The notes: a model not told the origin generated them from the sequence alone. Numbered from the stretch's first letter, positions 42,307 to 51,810 are shown. The stretch is DNA of 64,000 nt from Candidatus Udaeobacter sp. (GCA_035473115.1 DATION010000007.1:41734-105733), one strand, 5' to 3'. Made by a program: numbers and translations.

Positions 42307-43305
42307 ATGTCTGAGCCAATGGTTACAATAAAAAAACCGGATGGAACTTTTGCCAAAGTTTCTCTTAGCGAATTTAAAAAAGCACAGTCTGCACAGACAA
42401 AACCAAAAGAAGCTGCGAAGCCAAAGATGCCGGCTAGGAGTGGTTCTTTATTAGAAGAAAAATTAAAGCTAACAAATTCAACTCCTTTATTTAGTCCAAA
42501 GCGCGAAAAACAAGTTGAAGAAGTGATTTCTAAGTTAGGTTTTTCCGTCGCTTTAGAAATTTTGGGCAGATTAAAGAGTTTGGTTTTAGCTAAATTAAAA
42601 GATATAAAAAGTGAAGAAGAGATTCGTGAATTAATGTCTCGTTCCATAAAAAACGGCGGTTTAGGATTAACAGCTCAGCAAGTAGAAAAAATTATCAATC
42701 TTTGCGCAGAAGTGGATAGCCAAGAAGATGAGAAAATTTCTCAGACACCAGTTTTAAAAGGCAAGCCAGCGAATTTGGCCTTAATGGTAGAACCGCCCGA
42801 ATTGCCGGCTCTTATTGACGCTTTGCCCGCTGCGGCAAATAAAATGAAAATGCCTGAGCAAAAACAAACAAGACCTTTTGCCGCAGATTCCGATCCGATT
42901 TCTAATTTAATTAATAAAAGTATCGCCAGTGAGCCGGTTTTTAAGATTGATACTCGTCCTGCTGTAAAGCAATCCATGCAAGATATTACCGCTACTAGCG
43001 TGGAAATGGGGCCGGTAGAAGAGATTAGATCTGTGACTCTAGCTGATTTTAGAAGATTTTCCAGTAAGCCGGAAGAGGCGGCCAAAAGATTGCAGCAAAA
43101 AATGTTTAATCTGCAGGATGAATCTTTTGTTTGGTATTTGGAGGCTTTGGCTGGGTATCATGCCTCACCTTTATATACCGAATACGTTCAGGCAGTTTGT
43201 CAGTCTTTGGCTGAAAGAAAGTCGTTAGCCAATGTACTTACTATCAAAAATGGTATAAAATTAAACGAGGTAATAGCTCTGATTGAGATGGAGAAAAGTC
43301 TGTAA
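42307..43305 (+). CDS. Hypothetical protein within the T4SS-like cluster
   Basis: The ATG at 42307 lies just after the previous stop and is preferred over the track start at 42235; no known domain. Confidence 0.5.
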   Translation: MSEPMVTIKKPDGTFAKVSLSEFKKAQSAQTKPKEAAKPKMPARSGSLLEEKLKLTNSTPLFSPKREKQVEEVISKLGFSVALEILGRLKSLVLAKLKDIKSEEEIRELMSRSIKNGGLGLTAQQVEKIINLCAEVDSQEDEKISQTPVLKGKPANLALMVEPPELPALIDALPAAANKMKMPEQKQTRPFAADSDPISNLINKSIASEPVFKIDTRPAVKQSMQDITATSVEMGPVEEIRSVTLADFRRFSSKPEEAAKRLQQKMFNLQDESFVWYLEALAGYHASPLYTEYVQAVCQSLAERKSLANVLTIKNGIKLNEVIALIEMEKSL

Positions 43306-43325
43306 TTTTTTAGAACAGTAAATAT

Positions 43326-43751
43326 ATGGAACAATTTGTTGTCCCACAATTTATAGAAGTAGAAGATAAAATTTTTGGACCAGTAACTACTCGGCAGTTT
43401 CTTATTTTATTGTCTGCCGGTCTAGTTTTGTTTATAATTTTCAAATTAGCGGATGTAGCTTTATTTATTTTTTTAACCGTGCTTATCGGCGGCTCTGCTT
43501 TGGTATTAGCTTTTATCAAGATCAACGGACAGCCTTTTCATTATTTTTTACTGAATATAGTGCAAACAGTTCGCCGGCCTAGCCGCCGTCTTTGGTATAA
43601 AAGTTTTAGTAAAATTGAATTAGCAGAATCAATTAAATCTGGAAAAGTAGAAATAGTAGAGGTGGCTAGAGAAATTCCCAGAATGTCTTATAGCCGAATA
43701 CGGGATTTGTCTTTGGTGGTAAACACAGGAGGGTACTACAAGCCGGAATAA
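43326..43751 (+). CDS. PrgI/VirB3-like small membrane protein
   Basis: 141 aa with two adjacent TM helices (FLILLSAGLVLFIIF / VALFIFLTVLIGGSALVLAFI), immediately upstream of VirB4, as in Gram-positive T4SS. Confidence 0.55.
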   Translation: MEQFVVPQFIEVEDKIFGPVTTRQFLILLSAGLVLFIIFKLADVALFIFLTVLIGGSALVLAFIKINGQPFHYFLLNIVQTVRRPSRRLWYKSFSKIELAESIKSGKVEIVEVAREIPRMSYSRIRDLSLVVNTGGYYKPE

Positions 43752-43760
43752 TAAATTATT

Positions 43761-44438
43761 ATGGAAGAAAAACCTAAACAAAAGAAAATAAAATTTCCCA
43801 GCACTCAGCAGCACCTGCCCTTTGCGGAAATAAAATTTGATACAGTAATAATGAAAGACGGAACTTTACGCGCCGTGCTTATGGTTTCCAGTATAAATTT
43901 TGCTCTCAAAAATGAAGATGAGCAAAATGCCATTGTTTCATCCTATGTATCTTTTTTAAACGGTATTGATTTTCCTTTACAAATAGCTATTCAGTCTCGG
44001 CAGCTTTATATCAAGCCTTATTTAGAAAAATTATTAAAATTAGAGCGGGAACAGACAAATGAATTATTGCGGGTTCAGATAGCCGATTATCGTTCTTTTG
44101 TATCCGAACTTGTTAGTCTGGGCAAAATTATGAGCAAACAATTTTTTGTGATTGTGCCTTATGATCCGCTGTCCAACAAAAAACGAGGTTTTTGGTCAAG
44201 GATTGGTGAAGTCATTAACCCGGCTGTGACGGTGAAACTCAAAGACGAAAGATTCCAGCAGCGTAAACATGACTTGGATATGCGAGTCAGGCAAATTGAA
44301 TCTGGGTTAACTAGTATGAACTTGGAAGTAGTTCGTCTGGACACGCAATCGCTTATTGAATTATTTTATTCCACCTATAATCCGGATATTGCCTTTAGCG
44401 AGTTTTTAGCTCCGGTTAATCAATTACAAGTGGAGTAA
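43761..44438 (+). CDS. virB4: VirB4-like ATPase, N-terminal domain (separated from the C-terminal ATPase by two in-frame stops)
   Basis: VirB4 N-domain pattern (LPFAEIKFDTVIMKDGTLRAVLMVSSINF...); same reading frame as the next ORF, with TAA codons at 44439 and 44448. Confidence 0.6.
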   Translation: MEEKPKQKKIKFPSTQQHLPFAEIKFDTVIMKDGTLRAVLMVSSINFALKNEDEQNAIVSSYVSFLNGIDFPLQIAIQSRQLYIKPYLEKLLKLEREQTNELLRVQIADYRSFVSELVSLGKIMSKQFFVIVPYDPLSNKKRGFWSRIGEVINPAVTVKLKDERFQQRKHDLDMRVRQIESGLTSMNLEVVRLDTQSLIELFYSTYNPDIAFSEFLAPVNQLQVE

Positions 44439-44456
44439 GTGAGTTAAATTTATATT

Positions 44457-46325
44457 ATGGCTTTTAAACCAAAATTTGCGACTGGTCCAATGAAAAGAAA
44501 GGAAGACCTAGACGCTAAAAAATCCGCAGTGACCAAAAAAACTACTGAAGAATTAGTGACTCTTGAAGAAGAGAGAGTTTATCGTGAAGGCACAGTTTCC
44601 ATTAAAGATTTATTGGCGCCGTCGGCTTTTAATATTGAATCTAATTATTTAAAATTAGGCGACATATTTTGCCGGACAATTTTTGTGGTGACTTATCCGC
44701 GCTATATTTCTGTCGGTTGGAGTTCTCCCATTTTAAATTTATCCATCACTATGGATATAGGGATGTTCTTTTATCCGGTAAAATCCACGATAATTTTGAA
44801 GCAGTTAAGAAACAAAGTCGGAGCTTTGGAAGCTCAGCTTAATGCTGACTCAGAAAAAGGCGCGCCGCGAGATCCAACCCGCCAAACCGCTTTACGTGAT
44901 ATTGAACAATTACGCGATGATCTTACCCAAGGTACGGAACGGTTTTTCCAGTTTGCTTTTTACGTCACTGTTTATGCGAAGACTAAAGAAGAATTAGATC
45001 AAACATCGGAAGATGTAGAAAATATATTTGGTTCCAAGCTTATCAACAGCCGCAAGGTTTTGTATCAAGCAGAACAAGGCTTTAATTCTACTTTGCCTTT
45101 GGCTAACGATGAATTACTGATAGCTTTTAACCTTAATTCATCACCGATTGCAGCATCCTTTCCTTTTATTTCAGCCGAACTGACTTCAGATGATGGTATT
45201 TTGTACGGAGTTAATCGCCACAATAACAGCTTGATTCTTTTTGATCGGTTTTCTTTGCAGAATGCGAATATGGCTGTGTTTGCTACTTCCGGTGCTGGTA
45301 AAAGTTATGCTATTAAGTTAGAAATTTTGCGAACCATGATGATGGGTTCGGATATTATTGTGATTGATCCGGAAATGGAATATAAGCATTTGGCCGATGC
45401 CGTAGGCGGAACCTATATAAATATTTCCCTTTCTTCCGAAAGTAAAGTTAATCCGTTTGATTTACCGCGGCCTACCGGTGGCGAAGAATTTTCCACCGAA
45501 GATGTTATTCGCGGAGCGGTTATAACGGTAAAGGGTTTGTTGCGTATTATGCTTGGTAATTTAACTACTGAACAGGATTCAATAATAGATCGGGCTTTAA
45601 TAGAAACTTATGCCAAGAAAGATATTACGCCCGAAGCGGACCTAAGTGTCGTGCAGCCGCCGATAATTCAAGATCTACAAGAAATTTTGGAAGGTATGGA
45701 AGGTTCCGGAGATTTGGTTTTAAGGCTACAAAAATATACTCAAGGCACATTTAGCGGCTTGTTTAATTCCCCGACCAATGTTGATATGAAGAATCAACTA
45801 GTGGTTTTCAGCGTGCGTGATTTAGAAGATGAACTTCGGCCAATTGCTATTTATGCTATAATTAATTATATTTGGAATGTTGTCCGTTCCGAACGCAAAA
45901 AACGCATCTTGGTAATTGATGAGGCCTGGTGGCTGATGCAGCATGAAGACAGCGCCAGATTTATTTTTGCCTTAGTCAAACGCGCCCGTAAATATTACCT
46001 CGGTGTCACTACCATTACTCAAGATGTTAATGACTTCTTGCAATCTCAGTATGGTCAGGCGATTGTTACCAATTCCGCTTTGCAATTATTATTGCGTCAA
46101 TCTCCGGCAGCTATTGATCTGGTGCAGAAGGTCTTTATTTTAACCGAAGGTGAAAAGTATTTGTTATTAGAAAGCGGAGTCGGAGAGGGGATTTTCTTTG
46201 CCGGCAATAAGCACGCTGCTATTAAAGTGGTCGCTTCTTATACGGAAGACCAATTGGTAACCACCAATCCGGAACAGCTTTTGGAAATAGAAAGATCAAA
46301 AAAAGAATTTGAAAAACAAACCTAG
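44457..46325 (+). CDS. virB4: VirB4/TrbE/ConE-like type IV secretion ATPase, C-terminal ATPase domain
   Basis: Walker A FATSGAGKS; Walker B RILVIDEAWWLM (VirB4 hhhhDEAW signature); 622 aa. Confidence 0.8.
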   Translation: MAFKPKFATGPMKRKEDLDAKKSAVTKKTTEELVTLEEERVYREGTVSIKDLLAPSAFNIESNYLKLGDIFCRTIFVVTYPRYISVGWSSPILNLSITMDIGMFFYPVKSTIILKQLRNKVGALEAQLNADSEKGAPRDPTRQTALRDIEQLRDDLTQGTERFFQFAFYVTVYAKTKEELDQTSEDVENIFGSKLINSRKVLYQAEQGFNSTLPLANDELLIAFNLNSSPIAASFPFISAELTSDDGILYGVNRHNNSLILFDRFSLQNANMAVFATSGAGKSYAIKLEILRTMMMGSDIIVIDPEMEYKHLADAVGGTYINISLSSESKVNPFDLPRPTGGEEFSTEDVIRGAVITVKGLLRIMLGNLTTEQDSIIDRALIETYAKKDITPEADLSVVQPPIIQDLQEILEGMEGSGDLVLRLQKYTQGTFSGLFNSPTNVDMKNQLVVFSVRDLEDELRPIAIYAIINYIWNVVRSERKKRILVIDEAWWLMQHEDSARFIFALVKRARKYYLGVTTITQDVNDFLQSQYGQAIVTNSALQLLLRQSPAAIDLVQKVFILTEGEKYLLLESGVGEGIFFAGNKHAAIKVVASYTEDQLVTTNPEQLLEIERSKKEFEKQT

Positions 46326-46343
46326 TAATTTATATTTTAGTAT

Positions 46344-46943
46344 ATGTCACTTCGCGCCCGTATTTTTATCATAGTTAGCATCCTGGTATTTTTTGTTTTG
46401 GTAGTCAGTATTTTTTTGATAGTCAGACAAAAAAAAATAAACGCTCCAGTTCCTCAAGTTGGAGTATCAGGCAATAGCTCAAGCGCCCAGAATAATGGGC
46501 AGCCAAGCAATCCCAATGCGGTGGGCGAGCAAGCGCCAGCCGGAGTATCAATTAAAAAACCAACTTCAATTGAAGTTGAAAAGAACGCGGTAGAGCAACT
46601 GGCCAAAGTTTTTATTGAACGTTACGGCACTTTTTCAACCGATAATAACTTTCAAAATATTAAGGATGTTTCCACTTTGGTTACTCAGTCTCTATGGTCA
46701 AAAATTAGCGCTTCTATTTCTTCTAAACCTGCAACCGGTTCTGCACAAAGTTTTGATGGTGTGACAACTAAAGTTATTAACGCTGATTTAACTGCTTGGT
46801 CAGATAGTAAAGCTTCGGTAGAGTTAAAATTAACTCGTACAGAAGAAAAGAACGGTTCAGTTAGCACTCGTTATCAAAATGTTTCTTTAGAATTGGTAAA
46901 AACAGACTCTCTTTGGTTGGTGGACAAGGTAACCTGGCATTAA
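46344..46943 (+). CDS. Bitopic membrane protein, putative VirB8-like (NTF2-fold) T4SS component
   Basis: N-terminal TM (IFIIVSILVFFVLVVSIFLIV) plus a ~130-aa C-terminal domain; position and topology match VirB8-like proteins (inference). Confidence 0.35.
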   Translation: MSLRARIFIIVSILVFFVLVVSIFLIVRQKKINAPVPQVGVSGNSSSAQNNGQPSNPNAVGEQAPAGVSIKKPTSIEVEKNAVEQLAKVFIERYGTFSTDNNFQNIKDVSTLVTQSLWSKISASISSKPATGSAQSFDGVTTKVINADLTAWSDSKASVELKLTRTEEKNGSVSTRYQNVSLELVKTDSLWLVDKVTWH

Positions 46944-47599
46944 TTATGCTGTCTAAGTTGGTAAGTATTATAAAGGATATATTTTTTCCTCGATTTTGTG
47001 TTAGTTGTGGACAAGAAGGCAACTGGTTTTGCAATAGTTGTTTCCTTATTAATAAAAATTTATTTCAGAAGAACAGCTTAACTGTTCAAGCTTTAGACCC
47101 TGCTTGTTTAGACGGAATAACAGCACTGTTTGCTTATGGAGAAAATGATATTTCAAAACTTATCAAGCTGTTGAAGTATAATTTTTTATTGGAGATAACC
47201 GATGTTTTTACTAAAATTTTTAACAATATTTATTTAAATAATGCTTGGCAAGATTTTGTTATTATTCCGGTGCCGCTGCACTTGCGCCGAGAGCGCGAAC
47301 GAGGTTTTAATCAAGCAGAAATTATTGCCAACCTGTTTGCAAAAAAGCTTGGGTTAAATATAAATAAAAATTTACGTCGGTCAATTTATACTGCGCAGCA
47401 GGCAAGACTAACCGGCCAACAAAGACAGGTAAATCTAAAAGGAGCTTTTAGTTGGAGTAGTAATATTAAAAATATTCCGGAAAAAGTTTTATTGGTAGAC
47501 GATGTTTTTACTACCGGAGCGACCATGCAAGAGTGCGCTAAAGTTTTAAAAAGTAACGGTGCTAAAATTGTCTGGGGACTAGCTTTGGCAAGAGGTTAA
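46913..47599 (+). CDS. comFC: Competence protein ComFC (phosphoribosyltransferase-type)
   Basis: N-terminal CxxC..CxxC zinc finger (FCVSCG...CNSCF) and PRTase motif VLLVDDVFTTGATM. Confidence 0.85.
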   Translation: MVGGQGNLALIMLSKLVSIIKDIFFPRFCVSCGQEGNWFCNSCFLINKNLFQKNSLTVQALDPACLDGITALFAYGENDISKLIKLLKYNFLLEITDVFTKIFNNIYLNNAWQDFVIIPVPLHLRRERERGFNQAEIIANLFAKKLGLNINKNLRRSIYTAQQARLTGQQRQVNLKGAFSWSSNIKNIPEKVLLVDDVFTTGATMQECAKVLKSNGAKIVWGLALARG

Positions 47600-47607
47600 G
47601 TAGCTTT

Positions 47608-47937
47608 TTAAATTCCCATCATAGCTCGCACATCGGGGTTTATTCTGTCCGCAGTCCAAGCCGGATCCCAAACCAAATTTATAGAAACTTTTTTTACACC
47701 CTCAATCTGTTCCGCCTCTTCTTCAACTCCATGGATAATAGTTGGTCCCACTGGGCAGGCGGTGCTGGTCAGAGTCATAGTAACAGTCGCTTCTTGGTCT
47801 TTTATTTCGACATTATATACCAGCCCCAAGTCCACAATTCCAATTCCGATTTCCGGATCAATAACCGTATTAAGCAGCGCCCAGTATTTTTCAGTGCGTT
47901 TTTCCGGTGGAATAATTTTAACTTTTTTATTATCCAT
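47608..47937 (-). CDS. sufT: Fe-S assembly protein SufT (DUF59/MIP18 family)
   Basis: DPEIGIGIVDLGLVY...TSTACP motif. Confidence 0.8.
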   Translation of the reverse strand: MDNKKVKIIPPEKRTEKYWALLNTVIDPEIGIGIVDLGLVYNVEIKDQEATVTMTLTSTACPVGPTIIHGVEEEAEQIEGVKKVSINLVWDPAWTADRINPDVRAMMGI

Positions 47938-47938
47938 A

Positions 47939-48304
47939 TTATTTAATTTCTTTTAAAGCCTGTTGCAGAGCTGAAAAGCCGAGCAGGGCGCATTTTGTTC
48001 GTCCGGGGCTGATGGGAATATGTAAAAGCTTATAGATTTTAGCGGTTGTTATTTTTTTTAAGGAAGCTATTTTTTTACCTTGGACCTCGTCTGTCAATAA
48101 AGACATAGCTGCTTGGCTAATGGCGCAGCCGGTACCGATAAAACCAATATCTGTGACTGTGCCATTTTTAATTTTTAACTCCAGAGATATCTTATCACCG
48201 CATAAAGGATTATCAGCCTTTATTTTTATAGTTGGATCAGAAATTTCTCCGGCGTGGTGCGGATGCTGATAATGATCAAGAATTGTTTCTGTATAGATGT
48301 CCAT
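47939..48304 (-). CDS. sufU: SufU/IscU-type Fe-S scaffold / sulfur-transfer protein
   Basis: NPLCGD, GTGCAIS and KCA motifs. Confidence 0.85.
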   Translation of the reverse strand: MDIYTETILDHYQHPHHAGEISDPTIKIKADNPLCGDKISLELKIKNGTVTDIGFIGTGCAISQAAMSLLTDEVQGKKIASLKKITTAKIYKLLHIPISPGRTKCALLGFSALQQALKEIK

Positions 48305-48315
48305 ACAAATTTGGC

Positions 48316-49536
48316 CTATTTAACTTTAAAGATTTTCAGAACTTTTTTTAGGGCGCGTTCGGCCGCATCAACATCTTTGGTTGTATTATACAAATAAAAA
48401 CTCATTCTGGCCGTAGCGGTAACGCCAAGACGAGCAGCGAGCGGTTCGGCACAATGCAAGCCAGAGCGAATAGCTATGCCTTCCTCGTTAAAGATAGTGG
48501 CAATATCGTGCGGGTGAACTCCGGATACAGCAAAAGAAAGCACGCCGTTTGTGTCCGTTATTTTTGATGGTGAGAAGATTTTAACACTGGAATATTTTGC
48601 GAATTTTTGTTTGGCGTAAGCCAACAGCTGACGGCTGTGAGTAGAAATATTTTTCAAGCCTATTTTATTCAAGTATTCAATTGCCGCACCAAAAGCAATA
48701 ATATCGGCAATATTTGGCGTGCCAGCTTCAAATTTCCACGGACCGGAGCGATAAGTGGAAGAAAATTCAGCAACAGTTTCCACCATATCTCCGCCATACA
48801 TAAATGGCGGCATCTCTGCCATTAAAGATTGTTTAATGTACAAGATACCCACGCCGGTTGGACCAAGCATTTTGTGGGCGGAAAAAGCTAAGAAGTCGCA
48901 GCCGATATCCCGGATATTGATTGGCGAGTGGCCGACAATTTGCGCGCCGTCAACCAAAACTTTGGTGCCCACAGCCTGCGCCATAGCGGTAATTTTTTTG
49001 ATTGGTGTAATTGTGCCGGTTACATTGGATTGAGCGGTAATACATACCAGTTTTGTTTTTGGTGACAGTAATTGCTGATAAGCTGTTAAATCCAGTGTAT
49101 AATCCGCAGTTAAAGGAATAACTCTTAAAATAGCTTTTTTTTCTTTGGCCAGTTCTTGCCAAGGAACTAAGTTGGCATGGTGTTCCAGAGCGCTAACAAT
49201 AATTTCATCGCCGGCATTAATGTTTTTTTTGCCCCAAGAAGCGGAAACGCAGTTAATCGCTTCCGTGCAATTTTTGGTAAAGATTATTTCTTCTGTTGTT
49301 TTGGCATTAATAAATTTGGCTACTTTTTTTCTGACATCTTCGTAAGCAGCAGTAGCTTCTTCGGAAAGAGTGTGGATACCGCGATGAATGTTGGCATTAC
49401 TGGTAGTGTAGTATTTTTGTAGAGCTTTTAAGACAGCCGTCGGTTTTTGGCTAGTGGAAGCATTATCTAAATAGACTAGCGGTTTGCCGTTAATTTTTCT
49501 TTTTAAAATAGGGAAGTCCTTTTTGATGTTTTTCAT
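48316..49536 (-). CDS. sufS: Cysteine desulfurase SufS
   Basis: PLP-lysine motif SAHKMLGPTGVG; RSGLHCAEP (class II SufS). Confidence 0.9.
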   Translation of the reverse strand: MKNIKKDFPILKRKINGKPLVYLDNASTSQKPTAVLKALQKYYTTSNANIHRGIHTLSEEATAAYEDVRKKVAKFINAKTTEEIIFTKNCTEAINCVSASWGKKNINAGDEIIVSALEHHANLVPWQELAKEKKAILRVIPLTADYTLDLTAYQQLLSPKTKLVCITAQSNVTGTITPIKKITAMAQAVGTKVLVDGAQIVGHSPINIRDIGCDFLAFSAHKMLGPTGVGILYIKQSLMAEMPPFMYGGDMVETVAEFSSTYRSGPWKFEAGTPNIADIIAFGAAIEYLNKIGLKNISTHSRQLLAYAKQKFAKYSSVKIFSPSKITDTNGVLSFAVSGVHPHDIATIFNEEGIAIRSGLHCAEPLAARLGVTATARMSFYLYNTTKDVDAAERALKKVLKIFKVK

Positions 49537-49547
49537 ATATTATAGGT

Positions 49548-49632
49548 TGTCATCCCGAGCGAGCCGTAGCGACGAGGGGTCTATGCTCTAATGATTAGAT
49601 TCCTCACCCTCTTGTGAGAGGGGTTCGGAATG
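49548..49632. repeat. GC-rich structured palindromic element between sufS and sufD, possibly related to the 21075 element
   Basis: Termini tgtcatcccga...tcggaatgaca (11-bp imperfect inverted repeat); internal ccctct-tgtg-agaggg hairpin; GC far above the flanks. Confidence 0.5.
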
Positions 49633-49636
49633 ACAG

Positions 49637-50257
49637 TTATGATTTTGTCTGAGAAAGAAACTCAGTCACAGTCTCACGGATTGTATTTTTTATTTTTTCA
49701 TCGTTGATAGCGTTTAATTCAGTCTCAAAAAAACCTTGCACTAACATCATCCGAGCTTGTGTTTCCGATAAGCCGCGAGAAAGCAGATAGAAAAGAGCTT
49801 CGTCATCGACTTTGCCTACGCTGGCCGCATGACCGGCTTTGACATCGTCTGTTTTAATTTCTAAAAACGGCGCAGTTTTGGCGGAAGCGTTTGGCGACAA
49901 AAGCAAAGTGTGATGAGCAAAATAAGTGTCTGTGCCAGAAGCAGTTTTTTCAATGCTCCACGCGCCTTCAATGGAACAGGAAGAACTGTCAGTTAAAGCG
50001 GAACGAATTCGGGCTTTAATTTGCGTTTTTGGCGCTTGGTGGTTAGCTTCTATTTTTGCCAAAAAAGAATCATTATTTTTTCCTAAAATAAAAAAAATAC
50101 AGCGGCAAACTGCGCCGCGGCCTTCAGTTTTTATAATTAAATGGCGAGTTCCATCCCAGCCTTTAGTGATCAAACCAACAACAGTTAATTCTTCATCATT
50201 TTTTAAAGCAATGGTTTGGTTAGGGATGGTATCGATGAACAAAATTTTTTCAGACAT
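49637..50257 (-). CDS. sufD: Short SufD-like Fe-S assembly protein (206 aa)
   Basis: Operon position between sufB and sufS and a SufBD-like C-terminal beta-helix region; the length (206 aa) is well below a full-length SufD. Confidence 0.6.
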   Translation of the reverse strand: MSEKILFIDTIPNQTIALKNDEELTVVGLITKGWDGTRHLIIKTEGRGAVCRCIFFILGKNNDSFLAKIEANHQAPKTQIKARIRSALTDSSSCSIEGAWSIEKTASGTDTYFAHHTLLLSPNASAKTAPFLEIKTDDVKAGHAASVGKVDDEALFYLLSRGLSETQARMMLVQGFFETELNAINDEKIKNTIRETVTEFLSQTKS

Positions 50258-50283
50258 ATATTTTTAACAAAACCGTTTTAGCT

Positions 50284-51702
50284 TTATCCAACCGAACCGG
50301 TCATTTCTAAAGCCAGTAAACGATTTAGCTCAAGAGCATACTCCATTGGCAGCTGCCGCACAATTGGGTTGGCAAAACCATTCACAATTAGGGTGGCTGC
50401 CTGCTCTTCAGAAAGTCCGCGGCTCATTAAATAGAAAAGTTCATCCTCACCGATACTGGCCACAGTTGCTTCATGAGCGATGGCTACATCTTCTTCTTTT
50501 ATATCCATGGTTGGATAAGTATCCGATCGGGATGCAGGGTCAAGCATTAAAGCGTCGCAGACCACACGAGTTTTGACATTTTTTGCTCCTTTGATAACTT
50601 TAACAAGCCCGCGATAAGTAGAGCGCCCGCCGTTTTTGCTGATTGATTTTGAGACAATTGTGGAGCTGGTGTCTGGAGCCAGATGAATTACTTTGCCGCC
50701 GGCATCTTGGTGCTGGCCAGTGGAGGCAAAAGCCAGAGATTGGATTTCTCCTTTGGCGCCGCGTTCTCGCAAAATGATGCTCGGGTATTTCATGGTTACT
50801 TTTGAGCCCAAGTTGCAATCAAGCCAAAACATTTCGGCGTTTTCGTGGGCCATAGCTCTTTTGGTAACCAGGTTGTAAACATTACCTGACCAATTTTGGA
50901 TAGTGGTATATTGAACTCGCGCGCCTTTTTTGACAATAATTTCTACCACAGCCGAGTGTAGAGAGTCGCTGGAATAAGTTGGGGCAGTGCAGCCTTCAAC
51001 ATAATGCACGGAGCTGCCTTCATCGGCAATAATTAGAGTGCGTTCAAATTGACCCATGTTTTCTATGTTGATACGGAAGTAGGCTTGTAAAGGCAATTCA
51101 ATATGTACGCCTTTGGGTACATAGATAAAAGATCCACCAGACCAAACTGCAGAATTGAGAGCGGCAAATTTATTATCTCCCGGAGGAATAACAGTGCTAA
51201 AATATTTTTTAAAAAGTTCCGGATGATTTTTTAGGGCGTCATCGGTAGATTCAAAAATCACGCCTTGTTTGGCCAGGTTTTTGGCCAAGGAATGATAGAT
51301 CATTTCTGATTCAAACTGAGCACCGGTTCCGGCTAAGAATTTTTTTTCCGCTTCGGGAATTCCTAGTTTATCAAAAGTGTCTTTGATTTCTTTTGGTACC
51401 TCATCCCAGCTGCGTTTGGCTTTATCTTGCGGGCGAACATAATAATGAATGTTGTCAAAATCAATTCCTGATAAATCAGCACCCCATTTTGGCATCTCTT
51501 TTTTTAAAAATATTTCGTAGGCATGCAGGCGAGATTTAAGCATCCATTCCGGTTCGTTTTTTTGGCGAGAGATTTCTCGGATAATATTTTCGTTTAATCC
51601 TTTTTGAGAAGCAAAAAAACTTTTGGTTTCGGTACGAAAACTAAAAGCCGAATTATCTCCGGTTTGGGTAAGCATCTTTTTTGTTTTTATCGGTACTGCC
51701 AT
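50284..51702 (-). CDS. sufB: Fe-S cluster assembly protein SufB
   Basis: 472 aa; SufB family motifs throughout the ORF. Confidence 0.9.
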   Translation of the reverse strand: MAVPIKTKKMLTQTGDNSAFSFRTETKSFFASQKGLNENIIREISRQKNEPEWMLKSRLHAYEIFLKKEMPKWGADLSGIDFDNIHYYVRPQDKAKRSWDEVPKEIKDTFDKLGIPEAEKKFLAGTGAQFESEMIYHSLAKNLAKQGVIFESTDDALKNHPELFKKYFSTVIPPGDNKFAALNSAVWSGGSFIYVPKGVHIELPLQAYFRINIENMGQFERTLIIADEGSSVHYVEGCTAPTYSSDSLHSAVVEIIVKKGARVQYTTIQNWSGNVYNLVTKRAMAHENAEMFWLDCNLGSKVTMKYPSIILRERGAKGEIQSLAFASTGQHQDAGGKVIHLAPDTSSTIVSKSISKNGGRSTYRGLVKVIKGAKNVKTRVVCDALMLDPASRSDTYPTMDIKEEDVAIAHEATVASIGEDELFYLMSRGLSEEQAATLIVNGFANPIVRQLPMEYALELNRLLALEMTGSVG

Positions 51703-51705
51703 ATT

Positions 51706-51806
51706 TTTTTAATTGATAATGATTTTTTGGCGTCAAAACGACCCATAAATGGGTCGCCCCTGTGGGGGTTTTTGATTGACGCGGCAAAAATCATTATCAA
51801 TTAACA
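51706..51806. repeat. Inverted-repeat structured element between sufC and sufB
   Basis: Perfect arms ttgataatgatttt / aaaatcattatcaa; internal gacccat-aaa-tgggtc and gcgtcaaaac/gttttgattgacgc pairings. Confidence 0.45.
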
Positions 51807-51810
51807 TAAT

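Noticed and set aside
49548-49632. Group II intron domain V/VI remnant
   Set aside because: It contains gagccgtagcg, but no AGC-triad helix with a GNRA loop, two-nucleotide bulge and bulged-A domain VI arrangement could be built. It was treated as a palindromic element instead.
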